A DNA stretch of 64,000 nt from Eledone cirrhosa. Taxonomy: Eukaryota. This document shows, piece after piece, positions 1-14,142 of this stretch (positions are counted from its first letter, which is position 1; each line of letters starts with the position of its first letter). The stretch is from NCBI GenBank assembly GCA_964016885.1, contig OZ024758.1, forward strand, positions 1,550,001 to 1,614,000. Reading direction: 5' to 3'. The position numbers were made by a program, and so were the translations under genes. The notes under the pieces are model-generated. The model was not told where the DNA came from. It searched no databases and was given only the letters and a program-made list of their open reading frames with translations.

Positions 1-89
1 TTGAGAGTCCACATAATGTTTTATAAATCCATGCCTCAAACACAGAGCTTGTCTTATGCCGCTTTGCACTGTTTGCCACATTCTTTCAC

Positions 90-92
<3 letters not shown>

Positions 93-129
<37 letters not shown>

Positions 130-246
130 TCTCTCTCGCTTTATCTCTATCTATCTCTCACATACAAACATACACACTCTCTCCCTTTCTCTCTTTTTCT
201 CACGTTATCTCTCTCTCTCTCTCGCTTACACCCTCTCTTTCCCTCA

Positions 247-311
<65 letters not shown>

Positions 312-470
312 ACACACACACACACGCCCTCTCTATCTATCTATCTCTATCTCTTCCTCTCCACACCCAATATCTTTCTCTCACCCTTTCTTTCTCTTTC
401 GCTCTTTCTTCTTCTCTCTCCCTTCATCTCGCTTTTGCTAACCCCCCCCCCCTCCTCTTTCTCTCAAGCT
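93..470. repeat. (CT)n/(CA)n microsatellite region
   Basis: Long interrupted CT runs; explains the SLSL ORFs. Confidence 0.95.
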
Positions 471-477
471 ATCTAGC

Positions 478-693
478 TATATATATATAAGCTATATATA
501 TATATATATATAAGCTATATATATATATATATATATATAAGCTATATATATATAAGCTATATATATATATATAAGCTATATATATATATATATATATATA
601 TAAGCTATATATATATAAGCTATATATATATATATAAGCTATATATATATATATATATATATAAGCTATATATATATATATATATATATATAT
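478..693. repeat. (TA)n with periodic AAGC interruptions
   Basis: Repeated (TA)n-AAGC units of variable length. Confidence 0.9.
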
Positions 694-717
694 ACTGCTC
701 GCACTCCCATCCCCCCT

Positions 718-830
718 CATGACGATGATGGTGATGGCGGTAATAACCATCACCATCATCACCATCATCTTTGATGTTGTGTATGATGACGCAGCGCTTA
801 CTGCTGTTTCGTTTTCTTTTTCTTCTTCTT

Positions 831-867
<37 letters not shown>

Positions 868-881
868 AACTGCTGCTGCTG

Positions 882-929
<48 letters not shown>

Positions 930-936
930 TTGCTGT

Positions 937-969
<33 letters not shown>

Positions 970-994
970 CACTACTACTACCACCACCACTGTT

Positions 995-1029
<35 letters not shown>

Positions 1030-1054
1030 CACTACTACTACCACCACCACTGTT

Positions 1055-1086
<32 letters not shown>

Positions 1087-1115
1087 CTCTACTACTACAG
1101 CTGCTACTGCTGCTG
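718..1115. repeat. Compound trinucleotide microsatellite (ACT/ACC/CAT/GCT)
   Basis: Runs of ACT, ACC, CAT and GCT; source of the poly-T/V/L/S ORFs. Confidence 0.95.
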
Positions 1116-1322
1116 TTGATAACGAGGTGTAAGAAGGAAGGATTAAGAGGAAGTGGTGGTGGTGTGAGGTAAATGATGAAGCTGATCACTGTGATGATGA
1201 TGATGTGAGTTGTTCGGTAAACATGGCGCAAGGCACAGCATTGGGGGAGGTGGAGCGAGATGATATGATGTTCATGCCTTTCTCTGCCCTTTCTATCTCT
1301 CTGTCTCACTCCTCTCCTCTCA

Positions 1323-1372
<50 letters not shown>

Positions 1373-1413
1373 ATATGTATATTAATATATATTAATATAT
1401 ATTAATATATATA

Positions 1414-1596
1414 GGGTGGTGGATTGGCAGTATCGGTAGAGGGTTGGACACTATGCCTTGACGCATAGAGTTACGGCTCTTGAGTTCGAATCCCGCCGAG
1501 GTTAACTTTGCCTTTCATCCTTACGGGGTCGATAAAATAAAGTACCAGTAATGCACTGGTTAATTGCTGGCCTTGTGCCTAACGTAGAAACAATTA
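1414..1596 (+). mobile_element. tRNA-derived SINE, family A (Nin/Deu-like core)
   Basis: A-box-like TGGCAGTATCGG, B-box GAGTTCGAATCCC, core GCCTTTCATCCTTACGGGGTCGATAAAATAAAGTACCAG and tail GGCCTTGTGCCTAA..AGAAACAATT. About 25 copies or fragments in the window. Confidence 0.9.
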
Positions 1597-1679
1597 ATAT
1601 ATATTAATATATATTAATATATATAAATATGTCTACGTCTACGTCTATGTATTAAAAATATATATACACACATATATAT

Positions 1680-1751
<72 letters not shown>

Positions 1752-2116
1752 ATATATGTCTACCTATCTTTGTCTGTCTGCAACCTATCTATCTATCTAT
1801 CTATCTCTCTCTCTCTCTCTCTCTCTCTCCCTCCCTCCCTCTATCTATCTATCTCTCTATCTATCCCACGGGGGCTTTACGGAGCACATAACTAATATGA
1901 AAGTGCAACAACAGAAACGATAAGAAAACTACTACTACTACTACTACTACCACTACTACTACTACTACTGATATTATTGCTGTTGCTACTACAACTACTA
2001 TTGTTGCTGTTACTACTACTACAACAACAACTGGTGCTTCTGCTACTACCACTGCTGCCACTACTATTACTACTACTGCTATTGTTCTCTTGTCTGTGAT
2101 GGCTACTGCTGCTTCT

Positions 2117-2174
<58 letters not shown>

Positions 2175-2256
2175 ACCCTCTCTCTCACTCTTTCTCCGTT
2201 CTCTTTCCATCCATCCGTTCGTTTTTTCAGTCATAATAACCCTTTTCACATACCAC

Positions 2257-2333
<77 letters not shown>

Positions 2334-2620
2334 ATTCATATACATTTTTATATATATATAAATGAAGTTTAAAGAAATATCCGTTTACATTCCGTCTAAA
2401 CCGGCCGCAATCTACTCTCAATTTTACAAAAATGTCATGTTGTAATTACGAACCTGTAACTGAGAGTGGTCATTAAATTAATTAGTGGTCAGTAAATTAA
2501 TTAGAAGATAAATGACTCGTATATAAAACATGTACAGTTATGTAACTGAATCGTAGCAGCCTGTAAACTATTATATATGTTTGGGCTGTATGTATATATG
2601 TGTATGTATATATATATATA

Positions 2621-3238
2621 TGGTGGCTGCCATCTCGTTTTCGAGTACGGCCACTACTTTATATCCATGTAGGAGAACCTCTACCGATGCGCTAAACAAC
2701 TAAACAAGTGTGACTTTTTAGTCCAGCCAGCGACTTGAAAACTCTGGTACAAACACTACACCTGTGACAATTATTAACACATAGTGCTGGGCCCATGGCA
2801 CCATGTGACGACAAGTGCAGAGAGATCTCCAGATATAAAGCAATGCCTGTGCCATGAAGCTTTTATAGTGATCAATGGCACTGCACAAAGCCAGTCCCAC
2901 TCTCTTAACCAAGATGATATTTACCAAAAAGAAGAACAAGTCAACATCATTGGATACCATCAGGGTTGCAGGTGTTATATCAGAGTTTTCCTTCTCCTAG
3001 AATTCTGCCTTGACAAAGACTAAGGAGTCATCTCTCCCGGTGATTTTGGCTGGCCATTGACTCTTAAGAGCTCCTTTTCCCTTTGACAGACTTTGTTTTT
3101 AGTCCTGCAGGATGTCCAAAGTCACCCTCCTCACCAAGAAACCTTGGTGGGGTTGCCAGTTTAGTTGCCAGTTTAGTCGCCAACGACCCGACCATGAGAC
3201 AGGTTGTACTGGGATACATGTTACCAGTAGCACCAACT
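2621..3238 (-). mobile_element. ~600-bp non-coding dispersed repeat, probably an RTE-related non-autonomous retroposon
   Basis: Near-identical inverted copy at 21457-22035 and truncated copy at 37446-37684. Minus strand has CTAGGAGAAGGAAAACTCTGA, resembling an RTE 5'UTR block (from recall). Flanked by TA repeats. Confidence 0.65.
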
Positions 3239-3353
3239 ATATACACACACATATATTTATATATGTGTGTGTTCTGTTATTATTTCTGGCAATTTATATA
3301 TATATATTAGGTAATTCCGAAGGAAAAGCAAAGAAAAAAAGAGTGCTCTATGT

Positions 3354-3511
<158 letters not shown>

Positions 3512-3524
3512 GTATATATATATA

Positions 3525-3589
<65 letters not shown>

Positions 3590-3972
3590 ACATATATATT
3601 TATATATATGTATGTGTGTGTGTATAGTGAGAGAGATACAGAGAGAGAGAGAGAACGCCATGTGAAGCTTTCCATTAAAGGAAGGCGAACTCCCGCTGAC
3701 GACGCGGTTCCCCGCCAAATTACGTATTGTATAATATTACCTAATATTCTGTACATTGTTGTTGCACTCAGACTGGGGCCAGCAGTTCGAAATCGTAGAA
3801 ATTGCTATCTCAATTATCCTACCCACACGAATTCATCTTCCTCACTCATTAACGTATATGTGCACTGCAATCAGTAGGGTTTTAATTTTAATAATACGGA
3901 TTTTATTAGATTATTGAGCGAGTGAGGAAACGACCACAGTTGTATCCATATATATATATATATATATATATA

Positions 3973-4078
3973 TAGGAACAAGTATGACTCCGACGGCAGA
4001 GCTCAAGCCGTTTCGACGGCTAATTCTGTACTTTGGTGCGTTATGGTCCATCTGGTTCCTTACCACATTTCCTTCGTG
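3973..4078 (+). mobile_element. Fold-back element family 2, internally deleted copy
   Basis: Inverted head GGAACAAGTATGACTCCGACGGC..CTAATTCTG joined to tail TACTTTGGTGCGTTATGGTCC..CCTTCGT, inside (TA)n. Confidence 0.8.
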
Positions 4079-4143
4079 ATATATATATATACGTGTATAT
4101 TAATTCAAAATATTAACAAAATAGATATTCTTGTTATCAATTA

Positions 4144-4210
4144 TATTTTATTATACATATTTCAGAGGTACTGAGTTAAGTTCAACAGTACGTCCTCATC
4201 AGATAAAATA
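4144..4210 (-). ncRNA. Type I hammerhead ribozyme (family 6)
   Basis: Minus strand: TATTTTAT-CTGATGA-GGACGTACTG..CAGTACCTCT-GAAA-T-ATGT-AT-A|ATAAAATA. 8-bp stem I, AUA cleavage triplet. Confidence 0.8.
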
Positions 4211-4495
4211 AGATGATGTATGACATATCCTGACATAGTAGATGGTTAAGATTCAGTCATTGTAGTGATTAACATATGACAAAACTCAATATTTATACCC
4301 TAATATTGAGAACTTTTAAATATATATTTATATATATAAATCAGTATATAGAGAGAAGTACACAGAGATATGTGTACTTCTCTCTATATGCTGATTTATA
4401 ATGAGACCGGAATCTATCCCTTGAGCTCATTAAATTATAGGGGATTAATGTGAGTCTTTAATTCCTTTTTTAATTGTATATATATATATATATAC

Positions 4496-4569
<74 letters not shown>

Positions 4570-4744
4570 GTATGTATCAATGTGAGAAATATGAAAAGTA
4601 AGGGATTAAAGCACAGCAGAGGATGAACTTCAATGAAAATATATATTAGCTATAAATAGTAGGAAAATTTCTAACGTTTCGGTCGCTAGTCTTTCATCTG
4701 AAAATAGAATATATCAATACATATGTGTGTGTGTGTGCATGTGT

Positions 4745-4821
<77 letters not shown>

Positions 4822-5404
4822 CGCTCGTTTAATAGCATGAACGCGCTATCTTAAAATGGTTTCTCATATAGGCACGAGGCCAGCAATTAATGGCTTAAAA
4901 TAACGTTTTATAGCTAATATAAAATATCATTACCTTACTTTTATTTAGATGATACTTTTATTTATGATAGTGTAGTTGTTATTTAGGTCTTAAAACTGTC
5001 ATAGAAGCACTCGTTAGTCAGGGGGTATATCAATACATTTTTCTGTCTTGATAGTAGAGTTTGATTTAAGGAAAGTTTTGTTGCTATTTTTAGCATTGCA
5101 AAAGTCGGCCGTAGCAGTTCAACCTGCTTTAGTTGTTATTATTTAGCTTCACATTAGCTCAATTTTCATAGTCATTTGTCTTGGATGCGATGAAGCAAAT
5201 ACATCTACGACTTCATGTAAATCAATATTTTTGTCATAGTGATAGTAATTGGGCAGTAGTGTGAGGGAAGTTAGTCTTTCTTGACCATTCTATGCTCTTA
5301 CATATGTTTGTAATTGCATCAACAAGCCGGAGGAGCGTCCATATTCACACGTTGTGATTGAAAAACTTACATTACAATATTATATATAGTACATATATAC
5401 AATG

Positions 5405-5548
5405 TGAAGGCGCATATCTTAGTGGTTAGAGCATCCAGTTTGTAATCAAAAGGTTGTGAGTTCAATTCTCGGACCGGGTGATGTGTTGTTTCCTTGACCG
5501 AGACACTTTATTTCACGTTGCTCCAGTTTACTCAGCTGTAGAAATGAG
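5405..5548 (+). mobile_element. tRNA-derived SINE, family B (CORE-like centre)
   Basis: TAGTGGTTAG A-box, GAGTTCAATTCTC B-box, and CCTTGA..AGACACTTTATTTCACGTTGCTCCAG. Confidence 0.8.
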
Positions 5549-5811
5549 ATGATAGGACTGGGGTCCCTATCATTAAATCACCCAAGACACCTCCAGCGAG
5601 ATATACCTTGGAGGAGGCCAGCTGAACCTGCGTAGGTGTGAGCTGTCACACACACATATATATATTTACAATGAGTTCAAATCCCGCCGAGGTTAATTTT
5701 GTTTTTCATCCTTATGGGCTCGAAAAAATAAATTACCAGTAATACACTGGGATAATTGCTGGCCTTGTGCCTAAAGTAGAAGCAATTATATATAGTACAT
5801 ATCAATATTAA

Positions 5812-6490
5812 TAGTTAGAACGTCGGGCTTACAATCACGAGGTTGTGAGTTCGATTCTCGGACCAGGCTTTGCGTTGTGTTCTTGAGCAAGACACTTTAT
5901 TTCATGTTGCTCCAGTTCACTCAACTGTAGAAATGAGTTGTGACATCACTGGTGCCAAGCTGTATCGGCCATTGCCTTTCCCTTGGACATCATCATATAT
6001 AGTGTATATATGGAGTTTAGAGCGTGTATATTGAGTATATAGTGTATATATATAGTATATATAGTGTATATATAGAGTATAGAATGTATATATTGAGTAT
6101 AAAGTGTATGTGTAGAATATAGAGTGTATATATAGAGTGTATAATGTATATATTGAGTATACAGGGTATATATATTGAGTATACAGGGTGTATATATTGA
6201 GTATAGAGTGTATATATTGAGTATAGAGGGTGTATATATTGAGTATAGAGTGTATATATTGAGTATAGAGGGTGTATATATAGAGTATACAGGGTATATA
6301 AAGAGTAAGTTGTGACGTCACTGGTGCTGTATCAGCCATAGCCTTTCCCTTGGACAACGTCGGTGGCGTGGAGAGGGGCAGACTGGTATGTATGGGAGAC
6401 TACTGGTCTTCCAACCTTGCCCGGACTTGGGCCTCGGAGGGAAACTTTCTAGATGCAAATCACATGTCCATTGGTGACCGAAGGAAGTCT
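5812..6490 (+). mobile_element. SINE family B interrupted by a minisatellite
   Basis: B-box GAGTTCGATTCTC and TTGAGCAAGACACTTT. About 55 bp is duplicated on both sides of a TATATTGAGTATAG-type array at ~5995-6305. Confidence 0.75.
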
Positions 6491-6515
6491 TTACCCTTTT
6501 ATATATCAATACATA

Positions 6516-6725
6516 GGCGTGTGGCTGAGTAGTTAGGCAATTGAATTCACAATTGTGAGGTTGTGAGTTCGATTCCCAGACCGGCTGATGCGTCATATCC
6601 TTGAGACAGAGACTTTACTTCACGTTGCTCCTTCTACCTGGAGTTATGACCGATAGATAGTATTAACAATTGGAAAGACCGATGGAAACATTGTTTCCTC
6701 AGTCCAATTTGACGAAAGTCGATCG
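6516..6725 (+). mobile_element. SINE family B variant with a distinct tail
   Basis: tRNA-like head plus a tail matching the inverted copy at 47205-47418. Confidence 0.75.
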
Positions 6726-6779
6726 ACTGTCGATATATTGTTTCACCTTATGCGGATCTTTAGCTCGGCTTACCAGTCC

Positions 6780-6816
6780 GAGCTGAAGATCCGCTTAAGG
6801 TGAAACAATTGTTCTC
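6780..6816 (+). ncRNA. Minimal type I hammerhead ribozyme in a palindrome (6737-6809)
   Basis: GAG-CTGAAGA-TCC GCTTAA GGT-GAAA-C-AATT-GT-T|CTC. Palindromic loop III, with an inverted copy immediately upstream. Confidence 0.7.
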
Positions 6817-6954
6817 TGTATGGTGAACTGTTGTGTTACTACCTCTCACTCTCTCCTTCTCTCTCTCTCGCACTCCCTCGCTCTCACTCTCTCCCTCTCA
6901 CTCACTCTCTCTGTCTCTCACTCACTCTCTCTCTCTCTCAATCTCTATCTATCT

Positions 6955-6956
6955 AT

Positions 6957-6999
<43 letters not shown>

Positions 7000-7094
7000 C
7001 ATACACACACATATATATATAGATATATATGTATATATATATATATATACATACACACATATACATATACATATACATATATATATATGTATAT

Positions 7095-7137
<43 letters not shown>

Positions 7138-7171
7138 GTATATATATACATATACATATATATATATGTAT

Positions 7172-7204
<33 letters not shown>

Positions 7205-7236
7205 GTATATGTATATATATACATACACACATATAC

Positions 7237-7297
<61 letters not shown>

Positions 7298-7440
7298 CAC
7301 ATAAATATATATACGTATACATATATATTTGTGTGTGTGTTTTGAACAATGAAAATAAAATAAAACAAAATGTGTATGTATGTATGTATGTATGTATGTA
7401 CATGTATGTATGTGTGTATGGATGTGTATGTATATGTGTG
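6955..7440. repeat. (TA)n/(TATG)n microsatellite block
   Basis: Direct inspection. Confidence 0.95.
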
Positions 7441-7599
7441 AGTTTCTGCCACATCATTCTTTTCTCTACTTAGGGATCGCTAACTTTCATGAGTTCCTTG
7501 TTTCCCATTAAAACATTTCTATTAATCTACGTTTATCAATGTATTCAATTACTTACCTACCTGTTTCCTGTTTATATAATTGTCACATCCCTCTCTCTC

Positions 7600-7632
<33 letters not shown>

Positions 7633-7721
7633 ATATGTGTGTGTGTCTGATGGTAGCTAAGATGCTTCCATAGGCGGTATGCCAGTTGAGCACTCTATGC
7701 TCTTACAGAGCAGAGTATGAT

Positions 7722-7923
7722 ATAATATAATAGAATAGTATGATATAAAACGAAAAATCAGTGATGCATCTGAATTCAATTTATTGTGGATCTGTCTGAT
7801 TGATCCACACAAAGATCGCGTCACGAGCTGTCTGCCGGCGAAACAATTGTAACACACAATAAATTGAGTTCAGATGCATCAATGATTTTTCGCTTTCTAT
7901 TATATATCCGGCGAAACAATTGT

Positions 7924-7970
<47 letters not shown>

Positions 7971-8065
7971 GAAAGCGAAAAATCATTGATGCATCTGAAC
8001 TCAATTTATTGTGTGTTACAATTGTTTCGCCGGCAGACAGCTCGTGACCCGATCTTTGTGTGGAT
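7722..8065. mobile_element. Fold-back element family 3 with degenerate hammerhead-like motif
   Basis: GCTGTCTGCCGGC-GAAAC-AATT-GTA-ACAC followed by AATAAA. Present in both orientations around (TA)n. No canonical CUGANGA in register. Confidence 0.6.
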
Positions 8066-8194
8066 ATATTATATATATATATATATAATTTCAAGTTATC
8101 AATAATGTAGTGATAATATATCGTCACATTAGAGATGAACAGCGTACGTGGAGGTTTGCTCAACCAGTATAAATTATATTCCGGAGAAAATGTA

Positions 8195-8713
8195 GAAAAG
8201 ATGAATATAAAATGAAAGTGCTTTCATAAAGGAATTTATTAGGTATTGACATATGTTTCTGTAACAGACGGAATACCTATGTATCGCTGCTTGCGTAATC
8301 ATATAATTGTTTCTACATTAGGCACAAGGCCAGCAATTACCCAGTACATTACTGGTACTTTATTTTATCGATCCCGTAAGGATGAAAGGCAAAGTTAACC
8401 TTGGCGGGATTTGAACTCAGACCGTAAAGGGACGTAACTATGCTAGAAAGCCTGGCGTCCAACCCTCTACCGATACTGCCAATTCACCGCCAATTCACTG
8501 CTTGCGTAATCATATAATGTTAGCAAGTATTCGATAGCAAATGTATAATCAGTTGTCACTTCTTCAGAGATATTGAATAAATTATCGAATACTTGCTAAC
8601 ATTATATGATTACGCAAGCAGCGATACATAGGTATTCCGTCTGTTACAGAAACATATGTCAATACCTAATAAATTCCTTTATGAAAGCACTTTCATTTTA
8701 TATTCATCTTTTA
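8195..8713. mobile_element. Long inverted repeat (Penelope-like fold-back) interrupted by a SINE
   Basis: 8195-8307 plus 8519-8536 is the reverse complement of 8583-8713. Contains GAAAC-ATAT-GTC. Confidence 0.75.
8308..8497 (-). mobile_element. SINE family A with 21-bp target-site duplication
   Basis: TSD CTGCTTGCGTAATCATATAAT at 8287-8307 and 8498-8518. Confidence 0.92.
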
Positions 8714-9135
8714 TATATATATATATATAGTAATAATAATAAATGTGAAGACTAAAATCCGAAGCGGGCTCGATAGGGATAATATATATATAGAGAAATA
8801 TATAAAACCATAGAGCAAATATTTATTATTATATATTATTATATATTATTATATATATATATTTATTAAAATAACAGATAAAGTTTAAGCAAAGAATAAC
8901 AAATATTTGCTCTATGGTTTTTATTTATTTCTGGTCCAGAAATAGCCGTCGAAACGGCTTGAGCTCTGCCGTCGGGGTCATACTTTTTCCTTTATATATA
9001 TACATATATATAAAGATTTACATATACACAAACTAGACTAAGTCATAGATATATTTTTGGCAACCATTCACGATGTGGCTCAATGATGAATTAATAAATT
9101 AAATAATCAGAGCAATATACTATAAATATATATAT

Positions 9136-9256
9136 ATACTTGTCTCTTATAGTATATACTTGTCCCTTATAGTATATACTTGTCTCTTATAGTATATACT
9201 TGTCCCTTATAGTATATACTTGTCTCTTATAGTATATACTTGTCCCTTATAGTATA
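9136..9256. repeat. 20-bp minisatellite x6
   Basis: TATACTTGTC(T/C)CTTATAGTA with alternating variants. Confidence 0.95.
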
Positions 9257-9922
9257 TTTCTCATGCTTATTCTGTCTCTAATTCGTAGACATCAATGCCG
9301 ACTCCTATTTCGCACTCAGTCTCAAATATTAACCAAAGATGCTGATATGCATGTTTGTTAAAGCCGTCCGGCATACAATATCAATGCAAGGATATGTATA
9401 TGTCTCTATATATATGTGTGTGTGTGTGGTGGGTGTATGGAACTCTACATACAGCATGTGTTTACGTGTGTACGCACGCGAGAGCGTGTATGCATGTGTG
9501 TGTGTGTGTATGTGTAATTAATTGTGATATGTGTTCATGTGAGCGCGCGTGCGTGTGTGTTTATATTTATGTTTGTAAAAAGAGCCAAAGCTGTCGGCTG
9601 CTTGTACTGTGTTGAAGACGAAACTACGGAAGCAACAAGCAGGAGGAATGCGATGTCGTAGAGTAGACGGTGGCTGCGTGTAGCAGAGACAGTTACTAAG
9701 CTGCAAAGGGTGGGGGGGGGATGGATAGAGTAATGGAAAGAAGAACTAAAGAGAATGACAAAATAAAATCGAAGATATGCACTGTTAAAAAGACATTACA
9801 ACAAATACAGGCACACATGAATACCATACACATACACACATACCATACACATACACACACATACACACATACCATACACATACACACAAACAGATATGTA
9901 TATATAATTGTGTTTGTCATTT

Positions 9923-10002
<80 letters not shown>

Positions 10003-10075
10003 AATTATATTATATATATAATAAAGAAAGGCTTCTACAGGACTAGAACTGTTTCATTCGGTAGAAATCATCATA

Positions 10076-10124
10076 GCTTCCTGATGATTTCTACCGAATG
10101 AAACAGTTCTAGTCCTGTAGAAGC
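10076..10124 (+). ncRNA. Type I hammerhead ribozyme (family 1) in fold-back element 10025-10207
   Basis: GCTTC-CTGATGA-TTTC TACC GAAT-GAAA-CAG TTCTAGTC CTG-T-A|GAAGC. Stem I 5 bp, stem III 4 bp, GUA triplet. Confidence 0.85.
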
Positions 10125-10204
10125 CTTTCTATATTAAATATTTATACTCTGGTATGTATTGAGTACCTTACTTACTGTGGTTAACCCCGATTGAACTCGG
10201 GATA

Positions 10205-10280
<76 letters not shown>

Positions 10281-10489
10281 AAAAGGGAAGTAAGGTTCCA
10301 TACAAGACAGTGGAAATAGCAGTGAAAATATATTTAAGGGTCTTTTTTTTCCTTTTCTTTGATTCGTCAAAGTGGCATTTTTTAAAAGAATTGTCCCTCT
10401 CACTTTTTCAATAATGTCACTTTGACGAAAAGGAAAAAAAGGGAAAAAAAAGAAAAGCAGACCCTAAAATATATTTCCAGTGCTATTTC

Positions 10490-10541
<52 letters not shown>

Positions 10542-10869
10542 ATATATATATATACAGAAAGAGAGAGACGAAGAATTGACAAAAACAAAGTCTTGTTAGT
10601 ATCACGCTTCGTAGGAAATAATGTATATATATATACATATGTGTGTGCGCGCGTGTGTGAGTGTGTGCCTGTATACAGAGAGAGATAGAGAGTGGGGAGA
10701 GAGAGAAGAAAGATGCTTGCGTGTACAAACAGAAGAGAAGAGAACATAGTCACATTGGTGGTATATATAGAAGAACAGAGTGACATATCTCGCGTATGTG
10801 AATATATGAAAGTGTGTAAAGATCGTGTCAATTCCTTGACTATAAATATGTATATATATATATATATAA

Positions 10870-11142
10870 TGGCTCCTACAGGACTAGAACTGTTTCATTC
10901 GGGAGAAATCATCAGGAAAGACGACTGTCAATATAATATGGTGGTATTTATACATTTTCTGTATGTGTGTGTCCCGAATGAAACCACAGTAAATAAAGTA
11001 CTCAATACATCAGTAGGGTGAGAACAATGAAATGTAATATAGAGAATGCCTCTACAGGACAGAAGGGTTTCATTCGTATGAAAGGCCAGTCCTGATGATT
11101 TCATACGAATGAAACAATCCTGTAGAAGCATTCTCTATATTG
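10870..11142. mobile_element. Two further family 1 hammerhead element copies
   Basis: Minus-strand core at 10870-10920. Degenerate palindrome at ~11035-11142 with tail at 10980-11035. Confidence 0.7.
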
Positions 11143-11318
11143 TCATAGGCTGATAATGAAGGAGTGATGCTAGAGCTGTGAATCCTTGCATGACTTAATT
11201 TTGACTCTTCTTATTAATAACTGCATTGTTTCTTTCCAGGGATTATGTTGAAAAATAAGCGTCATTTTGTCATTCCATGAGAGTATCTTGGTCAGCGTAT
11301 GAACCTTTCAAACGACCC
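11143..11318 (+). mobile_element. Mariner-type MITE (CGAGGG-ended family), partial
   Basis: Matches the full copies at 31384-31811 and 50100-50411. Confidence 0.75.
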
Positions 11319-12119
11319 ATTTATATCATGACTCTTTGTAATTAACAGAAAGGAAATATCTGGAAAACGGAAATATTTTTCTGACCGATGAATTATAGAA
11401 TTAAAGTTTAGAAGAAAAAAAAAACGAATTCAATAAGTACGCAAGTTCTGAATGAATCGAGGTTTAAGAAATTCCAAGGAATGTTGTTCAAAAACAGAAG
11501 TTCCTTGGGGTAGAAATTATTCTCGGATTAACTTTTTACAGTAGTACAGAAAATTTCAGTGAACCATTCTGTAAACAAGTTCTGTGTAATCCAAACTTTT
11601 CTGTTAGATTTTTATATAATAGACAAACTAGATTTAAGAAACGCCTTCCATTGTTCTTGGAGTATCAGAATGATAAACAAACATGGAATTAAATGTCAAT
11701 TCTAGAATAACATTTACTCCGAACGACAATGTGGCACTTTCAATAATCCCAAATGCTATTTATTTTCCTTTGAGTTTAGAAGTTTAGGGGTTAAATATTT
11801 GTCTGTATTAAAAATTGATGTAGTGGAGATTTACCTCTTCTATAATGGTTCTTAATTTAGGCACAAGGTCAGTAATGGGGGTAGGGGGGGGGTACTTTAT
11901 TTTATCGACCCCGGAAGAATGAACGGCAAAGTCTAATTTGGCGAGATTTGAACACGGAACTTAAAATACGACGGTCGATTGAAATGTTCATAGGCTGAAT
12001 ATGAAGAATTGATGCTAGAGCTGTGAAATCTCGCATGCATTGATTGCAGCTCTAATTGGGTGAGGAGTTTTGGAAGAATATGTTACGAAACATTAATCCT
12101 ATCAAGGAGCGGGAAAAGT

Positions 12120-12298
12120 CAGTTTACTTTTGGCACAAGGCCAGCTATTACCCCAGTATATTACTGGTACTTTATTTTATCGACCCCGTAAGGATGAAAG
12201 GCAAAGTTAACCTCGACGGGATTTGAACTCAGACCGTAAAAGGACGTAACTATTCTAGAAAGCATGGCGTCCAACCCTCCACCGATACTGCCAATCCT
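12120..12298 (-). mobile_element. SINE family A
   Basis: Reverse complement of the 1414-1596 consensus. Confidence 0.88.
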
Positions 12299-12807
12299 AT
12301 AATGACCTTCAAGTATGATAGAGATCCCGATACAGCTTGTGTAACGTCATTCTCTGACTCGCCCATTATTTCAATGCTAAAGAGATCAAATATTTTCTCG
12401 AAATTCTCAAAGCATTCTCAGCTTCTTCCTAGTTCAATTATTTAAATATATTTAACGCCTTTTGCTGCTTAATTGTTCGGGGAGAATGGAGGGTGTCACC
12501 CCGAAATATGATATACACGAATACATATACTTTATTCCATATGTTCCATAATTTGATTTCGTGGACCTAGGTATAAGACTGTGACCTACATATATATATA
12601 ACATCATTTACACACACACACTCACACTCACACATACGCACACACTCATACTCACACATACGCACACACATACATGCATACACACACATATACACACCCA
12701 CACACACACATATATATACATACATATATGAATGTGTGTATGGATTGGTATTATATATATATACACATACATACATATATATATGAGTGTATATATATAT
12801 ATATATA

Positions 12808-12855
<48 letters not shown>

Positions 12856-13217
12856 TACATATATATATATATATCAATTGTTTGATGTTAGCTGTATTAA
12901 TTTTTGTTGATGACCATAATTAATTTGTAGGATAAATCAATAACTTTGATGTCTTTATTGGATGATTTGATGATCGTTAAGTCACTGATTATATTGAACT
13001 ATTGTTTATTACCCTGAGGAATTTGTTCAACCTTTGCCACCTCACTACCTGATTCCGTTGAGATATACATTGTAACTGTTTAACCCCAGTTAGTATTGAG
13101 TAGGACAGTGTGGCATGATGTTGTAGTATCATAAATTGCCTGAAGTACCTCGTCGTATTTTTATATAATATATGTATGTATATATATATATATATATACA
13201 CACACACATATATATAT

Positions 13218-13721
<504 letters not shown>

Positions 13722-14142
13722 CAACGAGTCAGTGGGGCTATGTACGTACTTGCGTGCTTGATTGCTTATGTGCAGAGGCATAGATTTAGTATGCTTACTA
13801 ATAAAATATATGCTGATATTGAGGTCAATGTGTTTTCACAGCATTATCATTCTCATAGAATGAGACATTTTTTAAACTATTACATTATATCTAACACGTC
13901 CAACTGTGACTTTATCTCATTACGAGCTGTTCATGTTTTTTTCTCCCGTTTTAAAGTAATTATATATATTGCTTTCCTTTAATATATATTTATTTATGAA
14001 TTTATTTCTAAATAGGGAATTTATTTAAACCTTGTTTTGCAGGATTTTTTTATTTTTTTACTTAAAATATTTTTGACTAAATATTTTATTTATTTTTACT
14101 TTTCTCATTTTATTAATATTTTCTGAATCCCATATGATTTTG

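Noticed and set aside
1414-1496. tRNA genes at A/B-box sites
   Set aside because: No complete cloverleaf, and all continue into SINE bodies.
4668-4705. Minus-strand CAGATGA..GAAACGTT hammerhead
   Set aside because: U4 is changed and stem II is unpaired, so at most a decayed relic.
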